A DNA stretch of 64,000 bases from Dehalococcoidia bacterium (GTDB lineage: Bacteria > Chloroflexota > Dehalococcoidia > GIF9 > UBA5629), in the NCBI GenBank assembly GCA_034429855.1, contig DAOUFT010000073.1, forward strand, positions 4,961 to 68,960. Direction: 5' to 3'. Of the stretch, positions 46,009-55,643 are shown in pieces (the first letter of the stretch is position 1; the number at the start of each line of letters is the position of its first letter). The notes under the pieces are model-generated. The model was not told where the DNA came from. It did no database searches and saw only the letters and a program-made list of their open reading frames with translations. The position numbers and the translations under genes are program-made.

Positions 46009-47058
46009 CTACACCTCAGCTTCTATTTTCGTCAGACAAAGGCTCTGCGATTCACCGATCGCAAGCCGGCAAAGATCGATAATATGAATGGGCTTCAATC
46101 CAAGTGCGGCCACCTTATGCGCCAGCGAATCCCAGCAGGCCGGGCAGTTGAATACCACGTATTCGGCGCCTGATTTCTGCATATCGTCCAGGTTCCTTTT
46201 CTGAACATCGTCAGCCAGTTCCGGTCCCATCCCCATCCTGAAAATCTCCGCACAGCACAGCGCTTTCTGCCTGTCGTACTCCCTGCTAACCCTTTCTACA
46301 CCTATCATGCCGAAGATGTCATCTATTAAAGGATCAACCTGGGGTATTAACCTTGTGGAGCAATTGCGCTGATATGCAGCTTTCACATTCAATGGCTTCA
46401 ACTCGGATCGAAGTTTATTTAAACGTTCCAACAAGTATTCAAAGTAATGCACCGGCTTAAAAGGCACTTCAATACCGTAGGCAGGCGCAATCGAAGAATA
46501 AGTTGCAAAACATTCATCATGTAGGCACACCAGTTCCTTGATGCCCAGCTTCCTAACATTTTCCAAGACAACAGGCAGCCTTTCTTTGATCAGCGACATC
46601 TTTGCGTAATGCAGGAAAACCGCATTGCAGAAAAATTCCTGGCCGAAAATCACTGAATATTCGATGTCCTCAAATAGCTTGCCGTGAGCGAGAGTGTTGA
46701 ATTGAGGCAGGAGACAGTACGACAGCGCCTTTTCCTGCAGCATACCTACCATGTATTTGCCTACAGGCTGGCACTGATTGACCCACATGGTAATTATCGG
46801 CCTGGGGGCGGGAAGGATGCCTTTTTCTTCCTGCCGTTCCACCAGCATGTAAAATGGATGGTTGCCGGAAGGGCAGTACTCTTCACAGGCATAGCATGTC
46901 GTGCAGGCTTCCAGCACCAATGAATTCTCTCCGTTGATTATTTTCGACCATTGCTGTTTAGCCTCTTTTACATCAAGCTTGATGTACTGGCATTTGGTGA
47001 GGCAAGGGACCGATTTGCACTTCGCGCATTTATCTTTGTCGAATTGAAGCTGAAGCAT
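46009..47058 (-). CDS. HdrD-like (Fe-S)-binding protein with a CCG domain
   Basis: CAKCKSVPCLTKCQ ... CTTCYACEEYCP, then CCAE and CPAC. Confidence 0.7.
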   Translation of the reverse strand: MLQLQFDKDKCAKCKSVPCLTKCQYIKLDVKEAKQQWSKIINGENSLVLEACTTCYACEEYCPSGNHPFYMLVERQEEKGILPAPRPIITMWVNQCQPVGKYMVGMLQEKALSYCLLPQFNTLAHGKLFEDIEYSVIFGQEFFCNAVFLHYAKMSLIKERLPVVLENVRKLGIKELVCLHDECFATYSSIAPAYGIEVPFKPVHYFEYLLERLNKLRSELKPLNVKAAYQRNCSTRLIPQVDPLIDDIFGMIGVERVSREYDRQKALCCAEIFRMGMGPELADDVQKRNLDDMQKSGAEYVVFNCPACWDSLAHKVAALGLKPIHIIDLCRLAIGESQSLCLTKIEAEV

Positions 47059-47128
47059 GGCTCTGCTAACCTCCTGTGCCCTAATTATGTAATTATTTTC
47101 TATCCCGATTATACGCTTTGTTGCCGTG

Positions 47129-48328
47129 CTATATAGTGGGCCTGAAACGTGAGGGAGATAATAGTCTGGGTGTCTGGTGGATCAGCGTACCGCTGAACAT
47201 GGTGAGGGCTCTCTGCCTGATTCGGCGCTGAGGTCTCTCGCCGGTTGCCATCTGCACAAGTTCGAGCAGGTGATAAATCTGCTGGGCTCCCGGGTACAAC
47301 AGTGAACCGGAGCCGAGCATTTGCAGGCATCCGGCGCAATAGACGCAGAGTATATCCGCATTCGTCCGTTTGGCCTCGCCCAATCTTTTCAGCGTGGAAC
47401 GTGTAAGTTCGATGGTGTTATAGCAGCTTTCTATACTGAAGCCGGCTCCGATGCCGCAACATACCATTCTTTCCCGGCTGCGCGGCATTTCGATCACATC
47501 AACCCCTATATGATTGAGTATCCGGCGCGGCAGCTCTAGATAATCAGGCTCCAGAAACTTGGAATAACAGGAATCCTGCACTGTTGCTGTCAAGTTGAGT
47601 TTTCGCTCTACCTTGATCCTGCCGCTCTGCAACTCCTCCCAGAGGTAGCGCACAAGGGGTTTGAATTTAGCATCGAATTTAATGCCCAGGCGCTCGGGCA
47701 TAACCCTGGTGAAGAGGAAGGTGCCTGCTGTGCACATCATAAGGATATTTTTGGCGCCCATATCTTTAAAGCGTGTCTGCATGCGCTTGCCCTGAGCTTC
47801 CGCCAGGTCGAAACAGCCGGTGCGGAAGTAGGTTTCAGCGCAACACCAGGAGAGTCCGCCTCGAATTGGTATGCTGGGCAGCAAGGATGTCTGCGTGAGG
47901 TAGGGGACGGTGCAGACATTGCAGCCGGGATAGATGAATTCCTCGCAGCGTGACGTATCGTCCCAGCTGGCCAATCTGGCCTTCTCGTCTGCAGGCAGGC
48001 GCTGTGTAACATAGCTGCGGAAATTCAGCGGCTCCAACGGCTGAAAATAACGCGCCCGTTCCGGAAGGCCGCGGCTGCGGTAGACCTCCCACCAGTGATG
48101 CACGATGGTCTCGCATGGATTGGCCTGATTCGGACAGTAGAAATCACAGTTGAAACAGCCCGTGCAGGCTTTGGACACATAAGAACTGATCTCGCCCCGG
48201 TTTATTTTTAGCTTTTCCTGTTTGGCAATTTCCAGCGGCAGGTTGAGCTCCGGACAGCGCGACAGGCATTCCCCGCAGAGCATGCAGTTCTCTATATCAT
48301 GAAACTGATATTCGCCCTTAGCTGCCAT
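47129..48328 (-). CDS. HdrD-like (Fe-S)-binding protein with a CCG domain (paralog)
   Basis: CMLCGECLSRCP ... CTGCFNCDFYCP ... CCGIGAG ... CAGC. Confidence 0.7.
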   Translation of the reverse strand: MAAKGEYQFHDIENCMLCGECLSRCPELNLPLEIAKQEKLKINRGEISSYVSKACTGCFNCDFYCPNQANPCETIVHHWWEVYRSRGLPERARYFQPLEPLNFRSYVTQRLPADEKARLASWDDTSRCEEFIYPGCNVCTVPYLTQTSLLPSIPIRGGLSWCCAETYFRTGCFDLAEAQGKRMQTRFKDMGAKNILMMCTAGTFLFTRVMPERLGIKFDAKFKPLVRYLWEELQSGRIKVERKLNLTATVQDSCYSKFLEPDYLELPRRILNHIGVDVIEMPRSRERMVCCGIGAGFSIESCYNTIELTRSTLKRLGEAKRTNADILCVYCAGCLQMLGSGSLLYPGAQQIYHLLELVQMATGERPQRRIRQRALTMFSGTLIHQTPRLLSPSRFRPTI

Positions 48329-49691
48329 TCTTCACGCTCCTTCTTAAATATATGATCGACCTGACGGCAAAATGCAGCATGCCAAGAACCAGCCTGTTAT
48401 TGAAGGCCGCACTTTTATAGAGTCTGTTGAAAAACCTCGTCAGCCGTGTTGATCCCGAGCCGATATCTTCAGGTAATAGCTCGCGGTCAAACAGGTTTAA
48501 ATCTATATGGAATCGGCGGCGGGCAGCGCTGCTGAAGGCCATGCGCAGGATATTGGCTGTTATAATAGCGATGATCTGAAAGGCTCGCTGACGTGTGCGG
48601 TGCAGAGGTTTATTTCCTCTTGCCAGATCAACCAGCTCAAGCAGGTGGTAAAGCTCCAGCTTGCTGCCGTATAGCTCCCTCACAACCGAGAATATGAAAT
48701 AGCAGGCGGAGCAATATGTCACCAGACAATCTGCGCCCGTCTGCTCGGCTTCTTTAAGACGTTTGGATCCATGCTCGATCAGGTCCAGCAGTCTGAATCT
48801 GCCGGCTGCAGCTCCGAACCCGCAGCAAAGCGCGTCCCCACAATTATGCGGCATCTCTACCACGTCGGCTCCGCAGGCTGATGCTATTTCCCGCGCTGCC
48901 TGCCATAAGCTGTCCCCCTCGCTCTTGGAGAAGCAGTTGTCATGTATGGCGACGCGTCGTCGGAAGGGTGTGGTAAGCGTTAGATTGCCTGAATGTAATT
49001 GCTGCAGAAGCCATTGCTCCAGTGTAATGATCTCGGTGTCGAAACCTATAGCGAATTTTTCAGGCAGAATGCGGGTCAGCATGGCGTGTTCTGCCGCCAT
49101 CATGGTCACAACTCGTCGGGGCTTCAATTCACCTAACACTTTTTTAACCCGCAGTCCGGCTTGCTCAACGACATCCAGCAACCCTAGTTGATAGATATGC
49201 CCTCCGCTGCACCAGAGGCGTTCATCCCCGTAGATCGTTAAATCTTTCAGGATAGTGTTTGCAGCCAGATAGGGTGAAAAAGAGCTGAAACAGCCGGTCA
49301 GTAAAATCTCTTTTCCCTGCTTCCCTGCCGTCCTCCGCCAGGTTCCGATCTGTTCTTGCTCATCAGGGGGAAGCAGGGGGTACAACTGGTTCCAGATGGA
49401 AGATGGATCATCCGGTATCACCATGCGTGCGATAGCCGGCAGGCCCAGCCTTGAATAGCGCTCATGCCAGCGCAGCAGTATCAATTCGTAAGGATGGCAG
49501 TCGTTAGGGCAGTAAGAATTACATGAAAAGCAGGTGGTGCAACGGTCGAGTACAACGCTTTCAAGACCGCGGTTGAGCCGATCCTTGGCTGCGCGCGCCG
49601 TCTCCAGTTTGAGATTCAGGACGGGACAAGTGGAAAGGCAGGTGCCGCATAGCTGGCAACAACCTGCATCGATAAAATTTTGATTGACCAC
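48318..49691 (-). CDS. HdrD-like (Fe-S)-binding protein with a CCG domain (paralog with an extra ~60-aa C-terminal tail)
   Basis: CQLCGTCLSTCP ... CTTCFSCNSYCP ... CCGFGAA ... CSAC. The tail overlaps the next gene start by 11 nt. Confidence 0.65.
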   Translation of the reverse strand: MVNQNFIDAGCCQLCGTCLSTCPVLNLKLETARAAKDRLNRGLESVVLDRCTTCFSCNSYCPNDCHPYELILLRWHERYSRLGLPAIARMVIPDDPSSIWNQLYPLLPPDEQEQIGTWRRTAGKQGKEILLTGCFSSFSPYLAANTILKDLTIYGDERLWCSGGHIYQLGLLDVVEQAGLRVKKVLGELKPRRVVTMMAAEHAMLTRILPEKFAIGFDTEIITLEQWLLQQLHSGNLTLTTPFRRRVAIHDNCFSKSEGDSLWQAAREIASACGADVVEMPHNCGDALCCGFGAAAGRFRLLDLIEHGSKRLKEAEQTGADCLVTYCSACYFIFSVVRELYGSKLELYHLLELVDLARGNKPLHRTRQRAFQIIAIITANILRMAFSSAARRRFHIDLNLFDRELLPEDIGSGSTRLTRFFNRLYKSAAFNNRLVLGMLHFAVRSIIYLRRSVKNGS

Positions 49692-49877
49692 CGCGACCTC
49701 AACGAAAATTCTTGTTTGGAGATAATGCCGGTATATTAAATTAATGCATAAATCCTCGTTTCATTTTATCAGTTTAGGGAAAAGACCGTACTGCCGTATG
49801 AATGGGATTAAATAATCGTGTCGTTAAAAAGCCGGCTTTCCAGCGTCAAATACCGTATAATTTATGAGTTGTAGATG

Positions 49878-51482
49878 TTATGCTTCCCAGCGGATGAACT
49901 GCCCTTTTATATCCAACATGGCATTGACTATTAATTCAACCATGCCGCCGTAATGTATGCCATGCTTTTCAGTGAGTTTATAACGTGACAATAGATCGCG
50001 TATCATCCCCTTACAATTGGAACAGGGAGCGCATACGTACTTGTGAACTTCGGGACTCATCACATCGCTGAACGTTGTTAGAATCTGCTTGAGTTTCATA
50101 CGGCCGGCCACCGATGATCTCCAATCGGAGAAGTTATTCGAGTCCATGATGGCGAAACCGCTTCCACCGCCGCAGCAATAGTTATCCACTCCGTGGGGTT
50201 CCATTTCGCGGAAATCAGGGCATATTTTTCTGAGGATGCGGCGTTGCGGCTCGACGATCCCACTCAGACGTACCAGATTGCAGGGATCATGTAACGTTAC
50301 AGGGAAGTTATTTTTAGACCTGTCCAGGTTAATTCTACCCTTTAATACGATATCCTCCAGCAGGGGTATTGCGCTCTCGCGTGGTATATTCAAATCGCCG
50401 GTTAATACGCGGTCCGATACCACCAGCATCGCCTTGTGGGCATGCCCGCATTCTCCGACCATCATGCGCTTAACCTTGAGGTCCCGGGCTGCCTCAGCGT
50501 GGCGAACTGCTATGCGAGCCAGCTGAACGTCATCGTACCAGACACCATAATTGACAGCATCATAGGCTACCAGTTTGCTTGAAAGAGTCCAATCGATGCC
50601 GGCGGCTTCAAATATGATAGCGAAGGCCTCAACATTTTCCGGCCAGGAGATAAACTCGCCGGCATTATGCAGTAATAATATGTCGGCACCCTCTTTATCA
50701 ACTGGTATGCGGATGGGTTTGCCGGTTATCTCCTCAAGCTCTCCCTCCATGAAGTTGATGAAGCTGGCCAGGGCTTTGGGTGATGTGCCCGTGCTCGACC
50801 CGACTTTAAGTTGCTGGACGGTGCCCAGCTGGTGCAGCTCCTTGGGCGCTATGCCCATCTCCTGACTGAAAAGTTTGCGCAGCTCGTGTGTGATCAGGCC
50901 GTTGTCTACACCGATGGGGCACGACTGTGCGCATCGGCGACATAGGGTGCAGCGGTAGGCCAGCTCTGCCAGCCTGGCTACAGTCTGATAATTGAGCTCA
51001 ATATCGCCTCCTGTGAATTTGGAGAGAAGTTTGCCCTCTTTCTTGACGTATTTACGTATGATGCGCCGAAGAATCTCAGATCGGTAAGTGGGACGGTATA
51101 TCTCCTGCCTGCCGCTCTCGGTGTATATGGGGCATGCTTCCGAGCAGTTCTGGCATTTAGCGCAGTTTTCCAGTGAGAGCATCAACGGTTGGAGAAAGGT
51201 CCAGTTGTCCTGCTTCGACAGAAGTTTTCTCAGGCCGGTGATGAATTTTTCGACGAATTCCTCTTCTCCCTGCTTGGTCTGCGGTTTGATCAGCCCGATG
51301 GCTGATACACCATCCAGAGAAGTATCGAATCTGGCCCCCTGCTCGCCGGTCAACTGTTTTATACCCGGTTCATCCACAGGATCATCGAGCGGGGGAGGAA
51401 GATTGCTGAGGTCGGCCTTGTCGATATCAACCATCCGACCTTCAACCTTACTGATGTCTTTGAGGCGAATATTCCTCTTCAT
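49878..51482 (-). CDS. dsrK: DsrK-like (HdrD-type) cytoplasmic catalytic subunit of a membrane-bound heterodisulfide-reductase-like complex
   Basis: CAKCQNCSEACP ... CTLCRRCAQSCP, then a CCG domain (CCGGGSG ... CAPCSNC). It overlaps the dsrM-like gene by 4 nt and is adjacent to dsrC. Confidence 0.7.
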   Translation of the reverse strand: MKRNIRLKDISKVEGRMVDIDKADLSNLPPPLDDPVDEPGIKQLTGEQGARFDTSLDGVSAIGLIKPQTKQGEEEFVEKFITGLRKLLSKQDNWTFLQPLMLSLENCAKCQNCSEACPIYTESGRQEIYRPTYRSEILRRIIRKYVKKEGKLLSKFTGGDIELNYQTVARLAELAYRCTLCRRCAQSCPIGVDNGLITHELRKLFSQEMGIAPKELHQLGTVQQLKVGSSTGTSPKALASFINFMEGELEEITGKPIRIPVDKEGADILLLHNAGEFISWPENVEAFAIIFEAAGIDWTLSSKLVAYDAVNYGVWYDDVQLARIAVRHAEAARDLKVKRMMVGECGHAHKAMLVVSDRVLTGDLNIPRESAIPLLEDIVLKGRINLDRSKNNFPVTLHDPCNLVRLSGIVEPQRRILRKICPDFREMEPHGVDNYCCGGGSGFAIMDSNNFSDWRSSVAGRMKLKQILTTFSDVMSPEVHKYVCAPCSNCKGMIRDLLSRYKLTEKHGIHYGGMVELIVNAMLDIKGQFIRWEA

Positions 51483-52405
51483 TTCTCTGTATTACCGGTG
51501 GCGCCGCTGCTTTTCACCTGCTCGGACCAGCTTTGTCCTGTCTGTATATGCGGTGCAGACCAGCCGGCTGACTGATCAAGCTGTGCCTGCAATTTACGCT
51601 CGAGACCGGTGCCTGGTTTGTTTGGTTCATCGTCCCAGCGTACCTTGTGATAGGTGAAATATTTGGCTACATAGTGCATCATGCGAGTAAACGGCATATA
51701 CGCCAAGAAAAGGCATGAGAGCACTATATTAATTGTCATTATAAGGCCTATTTGTGGAGAGTCGAAAGTGAGCAGGCTTTTAATAAAGCCGCGCGCTATG
51801 TTAAAGGAGGGATCTTCGATAATCCAGAAAAGAAGACCGGTCAGGAAAATGAATAATATGCCTGTGAGATTGAAATAGTCAATGGGCGCAGTGTAATTTC
51901 TCAGGTCTTCATCGTGAGTGCGTTTTATTAGCAGACCAATGGTTCCGAGGACGCCAAGCATAAAGGCGGCAACGCCGGATATGAGAGTAATGTAGTATAT
52001 CAGCTGGCTCCACACATCAGGCGACACCGCGTTAATTGTCAAACCGTTCAATGTAATGATTGAACCCAACAGTAGCATTACTGCCCATACCACCATCAGG
52101 AACAATCCGAGATGGAAGGGATAGACAAAGCTCCAGAATCGGCGGTTGCTGAAGAAATACTCGCGAAAAAACATTATCTCTCGCAGGAACACGGTTGATT
52201 CGCTTATCAAGTTTATTTTACGTGGCCGGTGCCACCAATCTTCCTCTTCCAAGTACGATCCGCCATAGGGCTTGCCCACTTCGTGCGCGACGGGATAAAG
52301 CTCCCAGCGCAGGTGGACGGGCAGCGAGGCGTATTTGTATGCCCTCCAGATGATACCGGTGACGAAAATTATCAGACAGATATATGTGAACAGTAATAGC
52401 CACAT
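51479..52405 (-). CDS. dsrM: DsrM-like NarI-family membrane di-haem cytochrome b subunit
   Basis: N-terminal YKYASLPVHLRWELYPVAHE is NarI/HdrE/DsrM-type, with about 5 TM helices and conserved His residues. Length is 308 aa. Confidence 0.7.
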   Translation of the reverse strand: MWLLLFTYICLIIFVTGIIWRAYKYASLPVHLRWELYPVAHEVGKPYGGSYLEEEDWWHRPRKINLISESTVFLREIMFFREYFFSNRRFWSFVYPFHLGLFLMVVWAVMLLLGSIITLNGLTINAVSPDVWSQLIYYITLISGVAAFMLGVLGTIGLLIKRTHDEDLRNYTAPIDYFNLTGILFIFLTGLLFWIIEDPSFNIARGFIKSLLTFDSPQIGLIMTINIVLSCLFLAYMPFTRMMHYVAKYFTYHKVRWDDEPNKPGTGLERKLQAQLDQSAGWSAPHIQTGQSWSEQVKSSGATGNTEK

Positions 52406-52417
52406 AAAAGATCAGAT

Positions 52418-52735
52418 TTATACGCAGCCGGTTGGTTTAGGCAGGCCGGCTACTTTGCATCCACCCTTGGCCGGTCCTCCGGGGAAAAGCTTGTAAATGG
52501 TCTTCAGATCGAAACCGGTCTGTTTGGTTACCATGCGGATAGGCGGCGCGATGCCGAATTCCAGAAAATAGTTGCGCAGGTAATTCACGATCTTCCAATG
52601 GTCGTCATTCATGGGATAGGCGTCTTCGGTTTTGGCCAGGTCTTCTGCAACTTCTTTATTCCATTTCTCCGGCTCCTGGATGAAACCGTCCTCGTCAACT
52701 TCAATTTGCTGTCCACCGAGTGTTACAATTGGCAT
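52418..52735 (-). CDS. dsrC: DsrC (TusE/DsrC family), dissimilatory sulfite reductase co-substrate protein
   Basis: Length is 105 aa. The C-terminal arm CKVAGLPKPTGCV carries both conserved cysteines, including the penultimate Cys. Confidence 0.9.
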   Translation of the reverse strand: MPIVTLGGQQIEVDEDGFIQEPEKWNKEVAEDLAKTEDAYPMNDDHWKIVNYLRNYFLEFGIAPPIRMVTKQTGFDLKTIYKLFPGGPAKGGCKVAGLPKPTGCV

Positions 52736-52748
52736 TAATCTCCTCCAA

Positions 52749-52901
52749 GCTATTTTTTATCAGTGTATTGTTGCGGGGCTTCGTCGAACTGCTTCTTGCA
52801 GGCCTTGCAGCAAAAGTAGTACGTTTTACCGTCCAGCTCGCTGGTGCCCCGGGCTTTATTGTCTTCAATCTCCATTTTGCATACCGGGCAGATTGTCATC
52901 A
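52749..52901 (-). CDS. YHS/TRASH-type small metal-binding protein (50 aa), not in the ORF track
   Basis: Hand translation gives MMTICPVCKMEIEDNKARGTSELDGKTYYFCCKACKKQFDEAPQQYTDKK. The ATG was confirmed. Confidence 0.5.
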
Positions 52902-52917
52902 TGGCCTATCCTCCATG

Positions 52918-54336
52918 TCATATTAGTGCTTTGATTGCATTCATTTTATGCGATAAAGAGAGGTTGACAAAATCGCCGGCCCAACCGGGTGCAGCCAGCG
53001 CATGTAAATGCATATAGGTGGCCAGTGTATTGTTGATTGCCAGTCCGTCAGTGCGGCCGTCAATGCCGTGACCGCGTCTGACATCGAATTTGGCATTCGC
53101 CGCTGTGTGACCGGTCAGCCTGGAGTAATGGAATTCGTGCCCTTTTAGTATGGCGCCCGGACGGAAAAAGGGATTGCCCTTTCTGGCTTCCACCACCATG
53201 TAGCCGTGCCCCTGGGGTCTGTCGATTATTTCTACTTCCTCATTAAAGACACCTGCCATGTGGTAGCGTCTATTGCCCTTGACAATGTTTCGGCACAGGT
53301 ACATTAAACCCGCGCACTCGGCATAAATCGGTAGGCTCCGCTGCGCGGCCCGGGCTATATCTCTTCTCAATCGGGCGTTGGCCTCAAGCTCGGCCGCATA
53401 AAGCTCGGGGAAGCCTCCTCCGATATAAAGGCCGTCTACATCCGGGAGACAGTCAGTGAATGAATTTATGAATACAAGATGGGCGCCGTTGTTCCGCAAC
53501 GCTTCCAGATTGTCAGGGTAGTAAAAAGAAAATGCTTTATCGTAAAGGACGCCTATGGTCACATTCGGGCCGATGGACTGTTTAGATACTCCACTGCCCG
53601 CACAGAAATCTAAAGGTTCGTACCCTCTAACCCCACATGTTGCCGCGGTTTTAGCTATGTCATATACGCGTTGGATGTCGATGTTGTTTTCTACTACGAC
53701 GCAGGCCCTCTGGATTATATCTGCTGAATCATCCTGTTCGACGAAAGGCACTATGCCGATATGTCGTTCCTGAAGAGAGAGACGCTTGTCCGAGGGAATG
53801 CAGCCCAGTACTGGTACGCTGCAGTATTTTTCAATGGCTGTGACCAGTTTGCTAATGTGACGCAGTCCTGCCGTGTTATTGAGTATTACACCTTTAATTC
53901 CAGTGCCCGGTTCGAAGTTCATATAACCTGAAACCATAGCGGCTGCGCTGCGTGTCATGCGGGCCGCGTTGATTACTAGTATCACCGGGGTTTTAAGCAG
54001 CCTGGCCAACCAGGCAGAACTTCCGACACCGTCCTCGCTGGGGCTGTCGTATAACCCCATGCTGGCCTCAATGAGCGCAATATCCATGTTATCGCAGCCC
54101 CGCGAGAATGCTTGATTCAGGGCTATTTCACCGAACATAAAAGGGTCAAGGTTGCTGCAGATATTTCCCGCGGCCGCAGCCAGCCATGATGGATCAATAT
54201 AGTCAGGCCCTTTTTTAAAGGGCTTGACCTTTAATCCTCTTTGACGGAGGGCCGCACAAAGCCCCATAGTGACTGTGGTCTTGCCTGAGCGCCCCTGTGG
54301 GGCTGCTATCATTAAAGATGCTACAGCTCTGGACAT
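52918..54336 (-). CDS. dsrN: Cobyrinic acid a,c-diamide synthase homolog; in this context a DsrN-type sirohaem amidase
   Basis: N-terminal P-loop domain AAPQGRSGKTTVTMGL plus a C-terminal glutamine amidotransferase domain. Length is 472 aa. It lies downstream of dsrABD. Confidence 0.75.
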   Translation of the reverse strand: MSRAVASLMIAAPQGRSGKTTVTMGLCAALRQRGLKVKPFKKGPDYIDPSWLAAAAGNICSNLDPFMFGEIALNQAFSRGCDNMDIALIEASMGLYDSPSEDGVGSSAWLARLLKTPVILVINAARMTRSAAAMVSGYMNFEPGTGIKGVILNNTAGLRHISKLVTAIEKYCSVPVLGCIPSDKRLSLQERHIGIVPFVEQDDSADIIQRACVVVENNIDIQRVYDIAKTAATCGVRGYEPLDFCAGSGVSKQSIGPNVTIGVLYDKAFSFYYPDNLEALRNNGAHLVFINSFTDCLPDVDGLYIGGGFPELYAAELEANARLRRDIARAAQRSLPIYAECAGLMYLCRNIVKGNRRYHMAGVFNEEVEIIDRPQGHGYMVVEARKGNPFFRPGAILKGHEFHYSRLTGHTAANAKFDVRRGHGIDGRTDGLAINNTLATYMHLHALAAPGWAGDFVNLSLSHKMNAIKALI

Positions 54337-54345
54337 TCAGTTTGC

Positions 54346-54546
54346 TCAAGCTTTTAATTTGACGTAGGAGGTTTCAAGATACAAGTATTCTATCTTTCCT
54401 TCCTTTGCCAATTCACCGATGGCCTTGTCCACAATAGGCTTGTCCACCTCGATAGCTCTGGCGACATCGCGGTTTTTAGCCTTGCTGGTGGTCGATAAGT
54501 ACTTGAGGATCTTTTCTTTAATCTCTTCGGTCACTCCTTCTGTCAT
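54346..54546 (-). CDS. dsrD: DsrD, small winged-helix protein of dissimilatory sulfite reductase operons
   Basis: Length is 66 aa, Lys-rich and directly downstream of dsrB. EIKEKILKYL ... KIEYLYLETSYVKL fits the winged-helix DsrD pattern. Confidence 0.65.
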   Translation of the reverse strand: MTEGVTEEIKEKILKYLSTTSKAKNRDVARAIEVDKPIVDKAIGELAKEGKIEYLYLETSYVKLKA

Positions 54547-54558
54547 GGCTCAGCCTCC

Positions 54559-55623
54559 TTACCAGCGAAATTGCGTCGTGGTGCGGTAGGTATCTACTGC
54601 GTGAGTGAAATCATCGATATGATGCTCGGTGAATTCTATTCCGGTCAATTTAAAAAAGCTTTCCCAGCCGATACGCTCGATCCATTCACCCAAGCGTTCT
54701 TCCTGCCGGGCATTCTTGGCGTAGACTTCAACGATATTCTTAATGGCATTCACAGCCTCAGGCCAGCGAGGCGGGTTGTTGGGAAGATAGGGGATGGCCA
54801 GGCGTGAGAACATGGGTGCGCTGCGGGCATTGGAAACCTTGCCGCCCACGTATATTGCCACGCCGTCTCCTGTGCTGTCGGCCAGCGGCATGGCCGGGCA
54901 GACTGTGAAGCAGTTGCCGCAGTACATGCATTTTTCATCATTGACCACCAGACCTTTTATATTAGGGTCGGGGCTCTTGCGGATGGCTCCCGTGGGGCAG
55001 GCCGCCATGGTAGTCGGTATCTCGCACATTGCACTCAGCTTGGAGTTGTCCACCTTGGGGGGTTTCGTATGTATGCCCACTATGGCTATGTCCGAACAAT
55101 GAACCGCACCGCACATATTGATGCAGCAGGCCAAAGCCACGCGTACCCTGGCCGGCAGGTTCATACTGGTGAAATAGGGATATAGCTCATCCATGATGGC
55201 TTTAACCAGGCCTGAGGAATCGGTGGCTGCACTGTGGCAGTGAGCCCATCCCTGTGTGTGTACTATATTCGAAATAGATTTACCCGTGCCGCCCACCGGC
55301 AGTCCGAGCTTCTTGACCGCTTCGATTATGGGCTCCACATTCTCTTGCTTGGGAGTCATCAGTTCTATGTTGTACCTGCTTGTGAAGCGTAGATGACCAT
55401 CGCAATATTTATCTGCTACATCGCATATGTCGCGGATAAAATCAACGCTTACCAGCCTTGGAGAACCCGCTCTCACCGTCCACACTTCGTCGCCTGTTTC
55501 GGAAACGTGTTTGAGCACACCTGGCTTCACTATTTCGTGGTACTTCCATTTTCCGTAGTTCTTCTTGATAACCGGGGGGAGCATTTTCCTGAAATCCGGA
55601 GGACCTATATCACTTTTACCCAT
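54559..55623 (-). CDS. dsrB: Dissimilatory sulfite reductase beta subunit
   Basis: SiR ferredoxin-like and sirohaem/[4Fe-4S] binding regions; inserted ferredoxin [21 protein letters not shown]. Length is 354 aa. Confidence 0.9.
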   Translation of the reverse strand: MGKSDIGPPDFRKMLPPVIKKNYGKWKYHEIVKPGVLKHVSETGDEVWTVRAGSPRLVSVDFIRDICDVADKYCDGHLRFTSRYNIELMTPKQENVEPIIEAVKKLGLPVGGTGKSISNIVHTQGWAHCHSAATDSSGLVKAIMDELYPYFTSMNLPARVRVALACCINMCGAVHCSDIAIVGIHTKPPKVDNSKLSAMCEIPTTMAACPTGAIRKSPDPNIKGLVVNDEKCMYCGNCFTVCPAMPLADSTGDGVAIYVGGKVSNARSAPMFSRLAIPYLPNNPPRWPEAVNAIKNIVEVYAKNARQEERLGEWIERIGWESFFKLTGIEFTEHHIDDFTHAVDTYRTTTQFRW

Positions 55624-55643
55624 CGCTGCGCTCCTTAAAAAAT

